The translations under genes and the position numbers were made by a program. From the NCBI RefSeq assembly GCF_000150275.1, contig NW_002060944.1, forward strand, positions 8,456,159 through 8,520,158: a stretch of DNA of 64,000 nt. Direction: 5' to 3'. A model generated the notes under the pieces. That model did no database searches, was not told the DNA's origin, and saw only the letters and a program-made list of their open reading frames with translations. Below are positions 51,784-64,000 of this stretch, in pieces. The DNA is from Trichoplax adhaerens. Lineage: Eukaryota; Animalia; Placozoa. Each line of letters begins with the position of its first letter. Position 1 is the stretch's first letter.

Positions 51784-54700
51784 GTAAATCAACTCAAGGA
51801 AAATAAATATAAAACTATGGAAGAAAAAAGCAGCCAGCCCCAAAAAACTCTATCCATGGATACTGAAGGTAAAGTGACTTGATTTAATACCGTATAATGA
51901 CAGGCGACAGTTTTTTTGAACTATTAATTTGACATGTATTTAATTGATGTCTTGTACAAGCATTTGCTCCGCTAAAGCTATAGCGCTCGCTACTTTCAGC
52001 ATTTGCCATAACATTAATCACTATTTCATAAGAATGTAGTACGGTATCTAAACAGATAATACGATACTTATTGAAAGTGTAAAAGCAAAATTTAGAGTCT
52101 ATAAATGAAGTACACGACAGATATTGAAAAGGAAGTAAAATGATATCAGCTCATTGGGAATTCATCTTGGACCCATTCTATTTTTTTATTTTACTGTTTC
52201 TATATCAATGCATTGTCAAATTGCTCAAGATGAGGAATGAAAAAAATTTTTCACCTTTAAATCCTACTTTACGAATACTTACAGATTTAAAAACTTTACA
52301 ACTATTTGACAAATTTTAATGGTATCATGTTGTACTCTATTTACCAACAGCTTGCATCTTTAGTATTGATAGAAAAAAAATGACATACGCCCTTTGATTA
52401 TTCATTTCGATAGCCAATTATTTTATTACACCGAGCAATCTAGTCATTCTTGAAGCCTACTATGTTTTTTTCTTTCCTTATTGTCACTCTATCATTGAAC
52501 TTGCTACCGCTAGAATTATTTGAAGATATATCCCAAATGCAAGATCAATGGATTAAACAAGGTAAGCGCCTATGTTGATGCTTGTTAGGATTTCTACTCT
52601 TGAACTGTTATTATGATATTATTTAATTTGCTCTTTACCATCACTTTTGTATGGTAATGTATCGTCAAAAATCAATCCTTTTTGCTATCTGTCTTGGATT
52701 AATGTAACAATGAGAGCAGCTAACCTTTAAAATTCATCCATTTCTTTTCTAATATCATCTTGAAACCATCATTAACATGATCAGTTTCATTACCGTCATA
52801 ATTTCAGTGACTTTTGCTTGTCAAGACAGCGTTATTATTGTTGAAAGCACAATTAAATTACATACCTATTAGCCTCTATTTTTTACACACTTTCTTTGAC
52901 GCTATCATTCAATTTAGTCCGTATAGAAAATGGCTTAGGATTTTAATTGTTAGTAATAAATTCTTCCATTACATTATTAAAATTGGAAAGTGATTGTCCC
53001 TATAGTTGTTACCGCCTTACGAAGTCTAATTTTTTTTAATATTATACCAACATTAAGTGAAATATGGGTCTAAAAATCCAAAGTGATCTTTAAACAGATC
53101 ATTTTAATTAGTTGAAATAAATGAATGATAATGTAAGCATACTTACATCTTCTATATTTATTATCATTTTGGTAAAGGTAAAAAGTTCATGTCAGCAGAA
53201 ATAATAAGTCGGAATAGCCGTGCATACGAGAACTTTTTAAGATACTGTACTTAGACCTGACATACAAAGAATTAACTGTAGTATAATTATAGATTAAATT
53301 TGGTCATTGGCTAAGAAGAACACTTTGATTGGCTACAACTGCCCTTAAATATAGCCGTACCTTAGATGTGCAAGAGTTTTTAATGAAAGATTTCATAAAA
53401 GTAGCTTAATAAGAGCTCTCTGTAGGCCGCTCTTTTATTTGATAATCATTAGTTATGTTAGAATATGGAAATGGGTCAAAAGAACGACTATTAGCTACTA
53501 CTAAAGCTTTAAGTTTATGATCGTTTCCTTGATGATGAAGTTATAATAAGAAGAATTAGTGATTACCATATTCTAACTATTGAAGTAGAATTAAAATTAT
53601 ATATATGTTGTGAAGATATACGGAACCATGAAAAGTCAGATATAGTGATTATAATATGTATTAGTGCTATATATTAGATCGTTAATTTTATTTTACTAAG
53701 ATACAAGTATGAATGCATTTAGTCGCAATAGCAAGAAATACAAGATACTGAAATTAACTATCTATGTTTGAAAGAGTGGAGTTATTTTGAAATGAAGGTT
53801 CCGTCTATGTATTCTGACAATTGTTTTGACTAGATTTACGCCCATTCCTATTCACGAATAACGTTTTATTTTATCCTTAGTGAGGTATATATGATAGTAA
53901 AACGAGAGATATTAAGCGTATATTGGTATTTCATAACGAATGAGATCACATCATGAATGTCTGTAATGAAAATTTTGTCGCTATTGAAGAACTATAAAGT
54001 GTTTTTCTAGTACACAGAAATGAATGCTTGGCTAAACTAATAAATTTTCAAGTATTTTGTAGTATGCAAATCTATTGAATATCAATAGAACATACGAATA
54101 TCGATCATTGTCAATATTTGGTAGCTATTTATGGATAGGGATGAGAATATAATCAATTGAAGCCTAATCTCCCCACTGACAACATTTTCAAAATTATCCT
54201 TTCAAATAGAGCACAAGAATTATTTGCTAAAGCCATTCCATAGAGAAAGATATTGAGATAGTCTAAGTTTTTTTTGATAAAGTTAATCAACCTCAGTCAA
54301 TTATCGAAAATATTGCCAAATTTTGCAAATTATTTAAAGTACACTAGATGAGATTTTTAATTGAAGAAGGCTTAATGATCGAGAAATACGCACATTATAC
54401 TAAGGGAACATACAAAAATGATAGTTCAAATTATTGCAGATATTTTGTTCCTTTTTCTCTTCTTGCGTCTTACTTTAAAGATTAATCTTATGTTCGTGTT
54501 GACAATAATCATATCAAAAGATAATCTTCGCTTAATGTAAATAACGATATCAATCCTTTTTTTACGAAAGATATTTCTTTCCATAACTTTTCATATCAGT
54601 TTATCTTCCAAGTTTATATATAATTTACAAGTTGTAAATTGATCATTTTAAAAATCTTGGAAGACGTATTCATATTATAGTGTACTCGTATGTTATAGGC

Positions 54701-57700
54701 TAAAACAAGGCAAGGAGTATAAGATAGACAGCTAATACTAATACAGAAATTCTCCATACCTCAAAAACACACTATTATTTCGATACTACTGTATAAATGG
54801 TTAATATAATATTATCGAAGGCAGCCAGCATTGATGTATTATATATGAATTCATTCTGATTACTTTATAACTAATGTTGTCAAATTTTTATTGACCAACT
54901 TCGGCACGTGAACCGAATTTAAAAAATACCTCCTATTAGATTTTGAATGATTATTATTATTGTACCAAATTCCATCTTCTATATGTCGGCAATTTTGCCG
55001 GCGGTAATATCTAAGAAAATTGCCGCTTTCATTGAAGGATTCTGGCTCAATATTTGTATCCCTGTGGATATGGCCAAATATCTTCGGCCAGGCTACCATT
55101 GTTCCTATTTCTCTTAGAGTATAGCATTTAAAAGGAATGAGATTATAATTTTAACTACATTTAGCCGTATTTAGACAATCGCATAATAGTTATATTCTAT
55201 GATTGGTTCAATAATTTTATGCTAATGTTCTCATTCTCTTAGATCTATAGTGCATTAAACAATTATAATATACATTAAAGGCTATAGATATGATCTATCG
55301 ATTTGAATGAGTAATTAGAACAGTGCTCGGATATTTTCGGCTGTATTATTGCTAGCTCTATTTTGTGCAATGCCTTTTTTTATCGATTATCACGCTAATG
55401 TTTTCTCTATACAATAATTAGAGTACAATAAGATGCAAAATAAACGTATCAATGGCTCCAAAATTCATGATAATATACCAAGAGACTTGATAGTAACTGT
55501 AGATCGTAGAGAAAAATTTGTTGCAAAGTAATTTTTCAGAAGTTCATTTTATTCCTAATGGTCTAACTAATATTTTTGTACTACATTTAAATCAGTAAGA
55601 ATGCAGACTATCTGCTGTTATTTTATTTTATCCAGGATTTTTATTGCTGACTATAATTCATGCTAATAGAACCTATCATTTTCTGTCTAATCTTCATCTT
55701 TTGTTTTAAATACGTTTATTTTTGATTAAATTTTTCTATCCTAACCACCACCAAACAAGATCAATGGCTAATATTAGTGAAAGATTTATATGAAATCAAT
55801 TTTTTTATTTTTACTTTCAATTCATCCATATAAAATTTATAGCTTGAAAAGAAAGTATGAATAATACCTTTTGAGATGGTGGAATCGTTCATTCTATTAG
55901 ATATTCTCCCTTCAGTTATTTTCTTAATGTGATTTTATTTGATCTACTTTCGCTTATACTTATCGCACTTTTCTGCCAAAGACTTCATATACTATTGAGC
56001 TAGCTTATATTGTATAACGAATTCACAAAATAATCGCCAATATAGATAATGTTTTGACTGGATTGCCATACAGTATAAGGCAACTGGTATGTATAGTAAA
56101 AGTGGTGCAGTTAACTTTAAGCGTATGTCTAGCATGATCATGTGTGATTGCTAAAAGATACGATAATAATTTATCGAGATATCGCGTCCGAAGTACATGC
56201 AGTATCACTTTTACGCTAACAGATCATTATTAACTTTAAACTATCTTACAAGAGACGTATATAATTTACAAGCCTACTATCGTAAGCGAGTCATGATCGC
56301 TATATTCTTCACGTTGCTCTTTAACATGAGCATAGAAATGAACGCAGAAATATCATATGTTGTTGTCATAAGTGTATTTTTCTTACGCCATTGTACCTTT
56401 TGATGATGAATCATTCTCCTTACATATGAACTCAAGTTTCTACTATGAAAAAATGTGAACAAAATGTTTTCAAGCTTTCAGTCCTAGATAACTCACAAAT
56501 AATGTGCATGAAATTATCTCTATAACAAGCAAAAATTAAATCAACTTTTAGGCCTTGTAATTTAGACAGGATTCGATAGTAGTCATACAGAATTTTTACA
56601 CTAACGAACCCAACGAAATGGTATAGACACTGGGGATAGTACAGATAGGGCAAAATAATTATACTTTTGGCTGATACTATCTTTATTCAGAATAAGAGAA
56701 TTGAAATGGACCACCTTCCTGCTATTTTTGATTTGTTTCTTTGATATAATACCACCGTAAGCAATTTTATTGCAGAACTTGAGTCAAAGGAGATACAATT
56801 TAATTTTAAAATTTTAACGACCTACAAAAATATTCAACCAGAAATAAACAATTTTCGCTATTTGTGATTATTATTGATAATGTGATTGTAATAATTACTT
56901 TCAGAATACTTCAAATATGGATAATTTTATTTATTATTTCTAGCAATATTCGTGTAATGTTGATAATAATCATTTATCATTGATTTGATTTAGGCAATAA
57001 AGTTGGCAATTCCGATGAACAATTTGTGCCCGAAATTCGACCACCACCGCCTCAAGGTAAAAATTAATTTTAACGAAAAGAAATAGGGGAGTTATCGATA
57101 CAGTAAAACCTTTCAGTATATTAGCATTAAAATGAGTTAGATTGAGCGTTTACTGTTGCAATTGTTCGGGCCAAACAGGAATATAGAGTGTTTATGACCT
57201 TTTTAAGTTACTTAACTGAGTTAATAGAGTAACAGTAAGTAAGATATAATACACTGAGTCTACTTCTTATTTTCAAAGATATGCTATTTCCGTCGAGATA
57301 TTAAATTTACTCCCCTTATCATAAAAATATTAATATAGAAAAAAGAACGATTAATAATTCTCAACCTACCGTAATATATCGCTGTGCTTTCCATCAAATT
57401 TCATGATATTCTTCACTAAATATTTCCAGTTTTACTTTGCGTTCTTTATGATTTGTTGTTCTTCTGCTAATTAATTTTTTTTTGACTTAATACTAATTGA
57501 ATGCGAAATATTATATTTTATTAACCTATTCTTTAATGTATGACTTCTTTCTATCCCTTATCACACATATTATATAATGACCTCTATTTTAATTTTACTT
57601 TGCTGTCCCACAATTTCTTTTGTATATCAGCTATACAGGTCGATATTATTTAGTGATTGAATTATTCAATTGCAGATAAACATTTCTTATATTGCATAAG

Positions 57701-60700
57701 AAGAATTGAATATTAGTAGAATTAAATTATTATTGATTCACAGTAAATCCAAATTTGCGCTATTGCAATCTGACAAGGATTAATAGAGAGAAAATAGTAA
57801 TAGTATCATATATCGGCAAAAATTATTAAAATGAAGTTATGAATCATCATCATCAACAGGCAGGCTTAAATACTAGTCATACAAACTATTAATGCGATGA
57901 GGACAGTTTATATGATAGACAAGTTCATGATATGGTATATAAATAATCATTGCTTATTTTGTACTACTTTAATTTGGGGAGTACACGATGACAATAAAAA
58001 CAATAATCACCTTTAGAATCAGTCGCTATGACGGATACTAATTGAAGTCAATTACATGGCTTGATAGCATAGCAAGTACCAGTTTTAATGTGTAGAGTTG
58101 TTTTCCTCCTCCATTCGTGTCTTTATTTCGTACTCCTATCCAAATCATTTTTGGCTAGAATAATTGAATTTATAATTAATTTTATGGCTTAAAAATGACC
58201 CAAACACATTATATTATATTCATCCTTCGTCGGGAGTAAAATTGAACGTACACATTTCGATCTAGTTGATGATTATGATAACAACCCAAGCAGTTTTCCA
58301 ATTTCATAGAATAATTTCGATGTTCTCGTAGAAACAGATCATGTATTGAACAGTTAATTTTGAACTAAACATAAAGTTTAAATTGTTTTTGTTTTGGGTT
58401 CGGTTGATATTAATAAAATTTGCATAAAGACAGAACAATAATGAAAGCCAAACCGTACAAAATACAAGATCATTGACTCTCGAACACACGTACAGTATAA
58501 TTTATCATGCAAATCTCTTAAGTATATTTTAGTCATTGGTAAAAGAATCCAACTCTATCATACATGCTAATAGTGCCGCTATCGTAAGATCGCTGTAGAT
58601 CTATGTAGTGATAATTAGGACCTAAAGATGATAATAAATTAAATACTTATTTCCAATCATGCCCAGAATAACGCGATTTAATGATACAATATTTTATTAG
58701 AATTGAAGAGAAACATATCGATGTCCCAAATTATAGTTTCGTTCTAGAAATGCAAAGTCTCTAGGAAGCAGCAACTACGCATAACAATTTCGTACGTTAT
58801 TCAAAGACGGTCTGTAGGCTAATTAAGTAAAATTTGGATTAATTTACGCATAACATGTAGAAGAATTAGTTGTGTATGTGCGATATATGATATGAAATCG
58901 TAGGCGAATAGAATCTACGAATAAATAAGGAAGTAAAGAGATTCGTACATAGTCATGGTATAGCATGCAAGTTTATAACATGTGCATGATGATCCGGATT
59001 GCAACCATGTCAGCCATGCAATGCGGTAGTTCAATAGATTCTACGCTAGTACCTAGAGAGCAAAGTAATCGTTGCATCGAAACTAAAACTTAGTTGGTGA
59101 CGTGTAGTATATATTTTTCTATACAATATCGTCAAATGACACAGATAATAGGAAAATTTTTTTGCTTTAGATTATCAAGTTTGTTTTCTGTACAACAGTT
59201 GGTTATACATCATACAAAAAATACGTGTGTATGATCAAGGATTGGCAAGCATACCGGCCAATTCTCATATACATGCATTATATGTGCAACACAGAGAACA
59301 TGTGATATATTATGGTTCAAAGTTGATATCAGCTATTTAATAAGTGAACCATAAAGTATTAACGGACTGTATAGTTGAAAACAGCATGACAAAATATAGC
59401 GCGTTTAACAAATTTTTTATAGAAACGAATTCCTTTCATGACATAATGCATTATTTGTATCACATAGAGAGTAGACAAAAAAGGGTTAATCTTGTTTAAA
59501 ATAAAATTCAAGTTCTACAGTGTGAAAAATTTAGTAATCGCCTTTAAAGATCACTTAGGATCCTGACTGATGTGATCAGCAATAAATGGATCTTATATAG
59601 TATCAACTCATAACGTTCACTGGCACGATATACTAAATCTTATTAGGCATTAGCAGAACATTTTTATCATAGGATGTTATATATCAGATAAGGTTACATT
59701 TAAGACTCATCAAAACTCGGAAACAGTTCAATTATCAAGTAATATCGATTTTTTGTATAACGGCATTTGATAAGGAAACCAATGCAAATTGATAAATTAT
59801 ACAAAGGCCAACATCTGCGTAAATTTAATGCTACCGGTAGTGATGTATTTTCTCGATTGAACTAGATCACTTAAAAGCTTATGTCAAGGTCAAATAAGTC
59901 AACTAGCGTCGGCTTGATACTGTCTTCTGTTTAGCTAGAACTATAATTGGCATGTTTGAATACATTGCTTGAATACTTTAATTTAATACCTAATAGCTTT
60001 ATGAGGGTGTACTATTGGCCGAAATGATGTAAAATAATGTTTGTAAAAATGGTAACAAGATACGATTTATTTCTACTATACGTCATGCAGGTAGTGATTT
60101 ATTGATAGATAGCATCGAGAATATTTTAAATATAGATTTATTAATCGACATGTAATCAATCAGTTTCTTTTCCTTTAACACTTTGATCGGAAAATGAAAT
60201 AAAAATGGCCCGGGGTATATCTCTAATATAAATTATTCCGTCCACTGGTAATTATAAACTTCCGATCCGTTTGTAGCGATATAAAAATGAATTTATCTTT
60301 CTATTAAACTGTTTCCATGAGACTGATATATTTCCTTTATTAATTTTTTTGAACTCTGGGTCCGTATAAAAACCTAAAATAAATAGTACTCTATATCTTA
60401 GTTTCGAAACTTCCATTTCTAAATAGAACTGGAAATTAAATCAATTTAGTAAAATTAGGAAGGAATGATTAATTTCCCAACCACTGGCATTTCCCTTAAT
60501 TCCGATGATAAGATATATCAGAGGAAATTAAATTTATAATGAAGTTATTGATATTAATTTTTTTAATTTTACTTTTTTATTATCAAGTCGAAATCATGAA
60601 TTCATAAAAGTGTTGCCTTCCTTGAGATAATGAATTGGGTTGAACTCTATTGAAATTGCCTTAGACTTTCAATGCACAATAGTTAGAAACTAATTATATT

Positions 60701-63670
60701 TTAGGCTAGTTTTGGTCGGTCATTCAATCAAATATTGTAGAATAAAGTAATAATCATCATCATAATACTAATGATAATAATGCTAAAAATAATAATAATA
60801 TTAATAATGTTAATATAGACGTATATGCATGCATATAAATGATGCATAGAATCTTCTAACTCGAAAGATCAATAAGTGAAATATTTTTCTCCCTGTTTCA
60901 TTGTTATCGGTTGCATTTGAAATTTATTTTACTTGTCAGTTTTCAACTTGATTGAAGAGTTATATTATTTTATCTAGCGTTATCGAGAGTACTAAATTGT
61001 ATACTAGATAGCGATAGGAAAATATGATAATATTGGATTTAAAAATTCCAATTTTAATTTAATGCCTCCGATTGTATAATTAATCAATCTCATTGGTACA
61101 AGCCGTAGAGAAGGGCGGACATCTAAGATTCTGTAGTACTGTTAAAATTTTATACGATAGAATTTCCTTCTGTATTTAATTGATATGATCATTTCTTTTC
61201 ATGTTAGTACCCTACTCGATTCAACACCATGAATATTAGAATTGAGGCAGAATTATTCATTTATCTTTGTAATTTTTGTTAATATTTATAAATAGATAAT
61301 TTTTCTCACCATTTATTAATGTACTAGCCGTATAGACTATTTCGACCATGTTGTGAACCCTTGTGTATCGTTAAGCTCTCAATTACGAAATAGAAATTGA
61401 TTAAAATAAAATTACAAGCTGTGAATAATGATAACTTTAAATATCTTTAAAAGGTATTTAGTCATCAAGCCATGATATATTTAAAAAAATTTTAAACGAT
61501 GTACTATTATGATGATATTTGACGAGAAGCTTCGAGTTACATTAGACAATCAAATAAGGTATTGTTAACAATTTAATTGCCTTCCTAAAATACCGACTTA
61601 CACGTCTATAGTTTAAAGTCTTTGACTTTTTCCCAGCAGTCAAGCGTGACCATTGTCGATAACAATGGCTATAATTAAATTGGAGCTAGTGTGCGTATGA
61701 GGGGGAGGCAGATATCAATCGATTAATGACTGTTAGAAAATGGCACACTAAAATGGTTATCACTTGGCGTTCTACGTTATGCGTTAACACATTTGATTTA
61801 CGAGATGGAGGAGTTTTTTTTCTTGTTTTATTGGTGTGTGTTTGCGTGAGCGTATACATATATATATATATATATAGACAGGGTATCAATAGATTAGAGT
61901 AGAAAGATATTGCAATTATGTAGTCTATCATACAAATGAGAAAAATAATCTAAATTGTTAAATCAATTTATAGGCATAGATATGTATCCTAATTTTTTGT
62001 CAAGTTGTACTGTAAACTTCATCGTATAATAGAGTAAAATAATTTTTTATCCACATTGGGAAAGAATCTAATTTGACGCTTTCCAATAAATGAACCACGT
62101 GTTATGCAGCTATTGATTGAAGTATTCAACTCGATCATCAGATAGGAAGAGAGTCCAGTCAGGAAGTATAATTCCTATAGGATTTATAATCAACCATAAA
62201 TTAGCAATCCAGGAGTGGTGGTAACCACTGCTACCTTGGACGTCATGATTTTCATTTTTTGTCTTGTCAATGATAACAATAAAAATGGACAAGCATGATG
62301 AAGATTGTTTGATAGACTCGATCTTGAATAGTTTTCATCGTATTGACTGGGATAAAATCAATTATTTCCTATCTTTTATTTTATGAATTTTTCACTTTTC
62401 TTTCAATGTGATCGATTGGATGATTTATTTTTTCTTTATCTTGATATTGTTCTCCAACTTATTCAATTTTACAATTATCTTCCCCACTTTCATCCTGTTG
62501 TATATATATGGATATACTTATGTGCCTATATATGTATGCAAGTGCATGTTTGTGTATGTGTGGCATCTCTTCTTTCTCTCCACCCCCATTTTTCCTCGTC
62601 TTTCTTTTTCGTTCTCTTCAATCTTTTCTTCTTTAGTGGATTTTTGTATTTTTAATTGTCAGTTGTAATCATTGGAAGGAGGGAGGAGCAGGTAATGATG
62701 AATGAACTTTGGTCGTGATGACTTTTATTATCAATCTGCACATTATTATCTACAGTTACTTGCAATTAGGCTATGAACAACGCGTGGGTGTATATTATTG
62801 TCCTATTAAATTAAAAAGTCCACCTTCAAAATTGGTAGTATGATAAATTGTGATATTTTAAGACTACCCTGGGAGTTAGTCAATGATTCGTAGACTCGAA
62901 GTGTGATACGGTAGCAAAGAAGGAGAGAGAAAGAGAAAAAAAAATTCTTTTTAAAAAATTGATTATCATTTAAACTCAATGGATGAAATTCAGTTATTAC
63001 CTTGTCCTTATTTAGATACACAAGTCAGTAATTTCCCAATCGTCACCGTCAAGACTGATGGCGAAGCAGACAATGTTCATAATTGTACCACCAATGTCAG
63101 TTTTGATGCAAGTAATCAACGCTACGTGAATGAACAACATTCTCCACCAATTCATCATACGCCGCCATCACCATCCAATCAACATCCTCATCATCATCAT
63201 TCACTTCATCATCACCATCCTTCTCTTCCACATCATCAACAGCAACATCCACAACAACAGCAACAACAATCTCAACAACATCAAACTTTATTCAGAAGGT
63301 TATCCGATAGTAGCGCTTATATATCAACTTTAGCCAGTCAGGAGAAACAACAACTAATGCGTCGATCGTCAGACAGTACTTCACTGATGGCCACAACTAA
63401 TGTTGATCGATTGAATGTGAGAAGATTATCCGATGGGATCGCTTTAAATAATGGCCATTTCCATCCACCCATGTTTAATAATCAATGCCAGCAGCAACCA
63501 ACTCAACAACAGCAACAACAAGCACCACCACCGCCACAACAGCAACATCAACGTTTATCACCAGCCAATAGCTTAAGTGGTACTGTCTTTTCAGGCAATC
63601 CTAATCCATTTCAGCAAGGATTTCCTAACGTTAAGCAAGAGTGTCAAGATAATTGTTATGATGTCGGTAT
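51784..63670 (+). CDS. ETV1: PEA3-subfamily ETS transcription factor (ETV1/4/5-like), N-terminal part; ETS domain expected beyond the window
   Basis: Exons 51784-51868, 52514-52561, 56994-57056 and 63016-63666/63670 splice in frame (phase 1) to ..MDTEELFEDISQMQDQWIKQGNKVGNSDEQFVPEI.., matching the PEA3 acidic activation domain (human ETV1 DSEELFQDLSQLQETWLAE..DEQFVPD from memory). The last exon is His/Gln/Pro-rich with VKQE. The start codon is uncertain (51817-region ATG or an upstream exon). The symbol denotes the family. Confidence 0.85.
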
Positions 63671-64000
63671 GTAAGCCAAATGTTAAAAATGTGGGCGAAA
63701 TCAGTTTTTATATTAATCCACTGCGTTGATGTAAAGTAGTGGGCGATTGATTTCCATCGATTTCTCCATGTTATACAATATCCTATTCGCCATTTCATTT
63801 TTATACTTTTCCATTTTTTCTCTCCCTCCCCAATAATAATTAATTATCCTTCTTTTAATTTAATTTAATTTTACTGTACACTAGATAATTACTGACTAGT
63901 TCATATAATTTTAGACTTGTTGACATCGGCTAATAAGTAAAAAAAATGGTTGAAGATAAAATGGTTATGCTACTGTACTATTAAATTGGGTAGTAGTTAG

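Noticed and set aside
33367-62668. Remaining 60-100-aa ORFs in the desert and ETV introns, and ORFs antisense to ISPD/DGK/REV1 exons
   Set aside because: They show AT-biased composition, no recognisable motifs and often non-ATG starts, consistent with chance or shadow ORFs.
62979-63674. Stand-alone 231-aa gene or MEOX2-like poly-His protein
   Set aside because: It is an internal exon (acceptor at 63015, donor at 63667 or 63671) in frame with upstream PEA3-type exons; no homeodomain is seen.

Overview
AT-rich (~1/3 GC by eye) animal genomic DNA with mostly ~80-200 bp introns. A placozoan (Trichoplax-like) source is my inference, not shown by the sequence. Four spliced genes can be reconstructed by hand. 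(1) ISPD/CRPPA (+, 5' end outside window, stop 3127), with a near full-length pseudo-SDR C-terminal domain. (2) A type I diacylglycerol kinase (+, 7971-25280), whose 67-nt first exon is separated from the rest by an 11.8-kb repeat-filled intron. (3) REV1 (-, 31773-26683), with one GC-AG intron. (4) The 5' part of a PEA3-group ETS factor (ETV1/4/5-like, +, ~51784 to beyond the window end). ISPD > DGK > ETV matches the order and orientation of human 7p21 (CRPPA > MEOX2 > AGMO > DGKB > ETV1), and the MEOX position is occupied by tandem arrays. Non-coding DNA is peppered with TACAGTA/TACTGTA heptamers. Comparing sibling repeat copies shows they arise as +5-bp insertions at TA, matching Tc1/mariner-type excision footprints, and a matching TA-flanked CAG-terminal MITE lies at 33945-34213.
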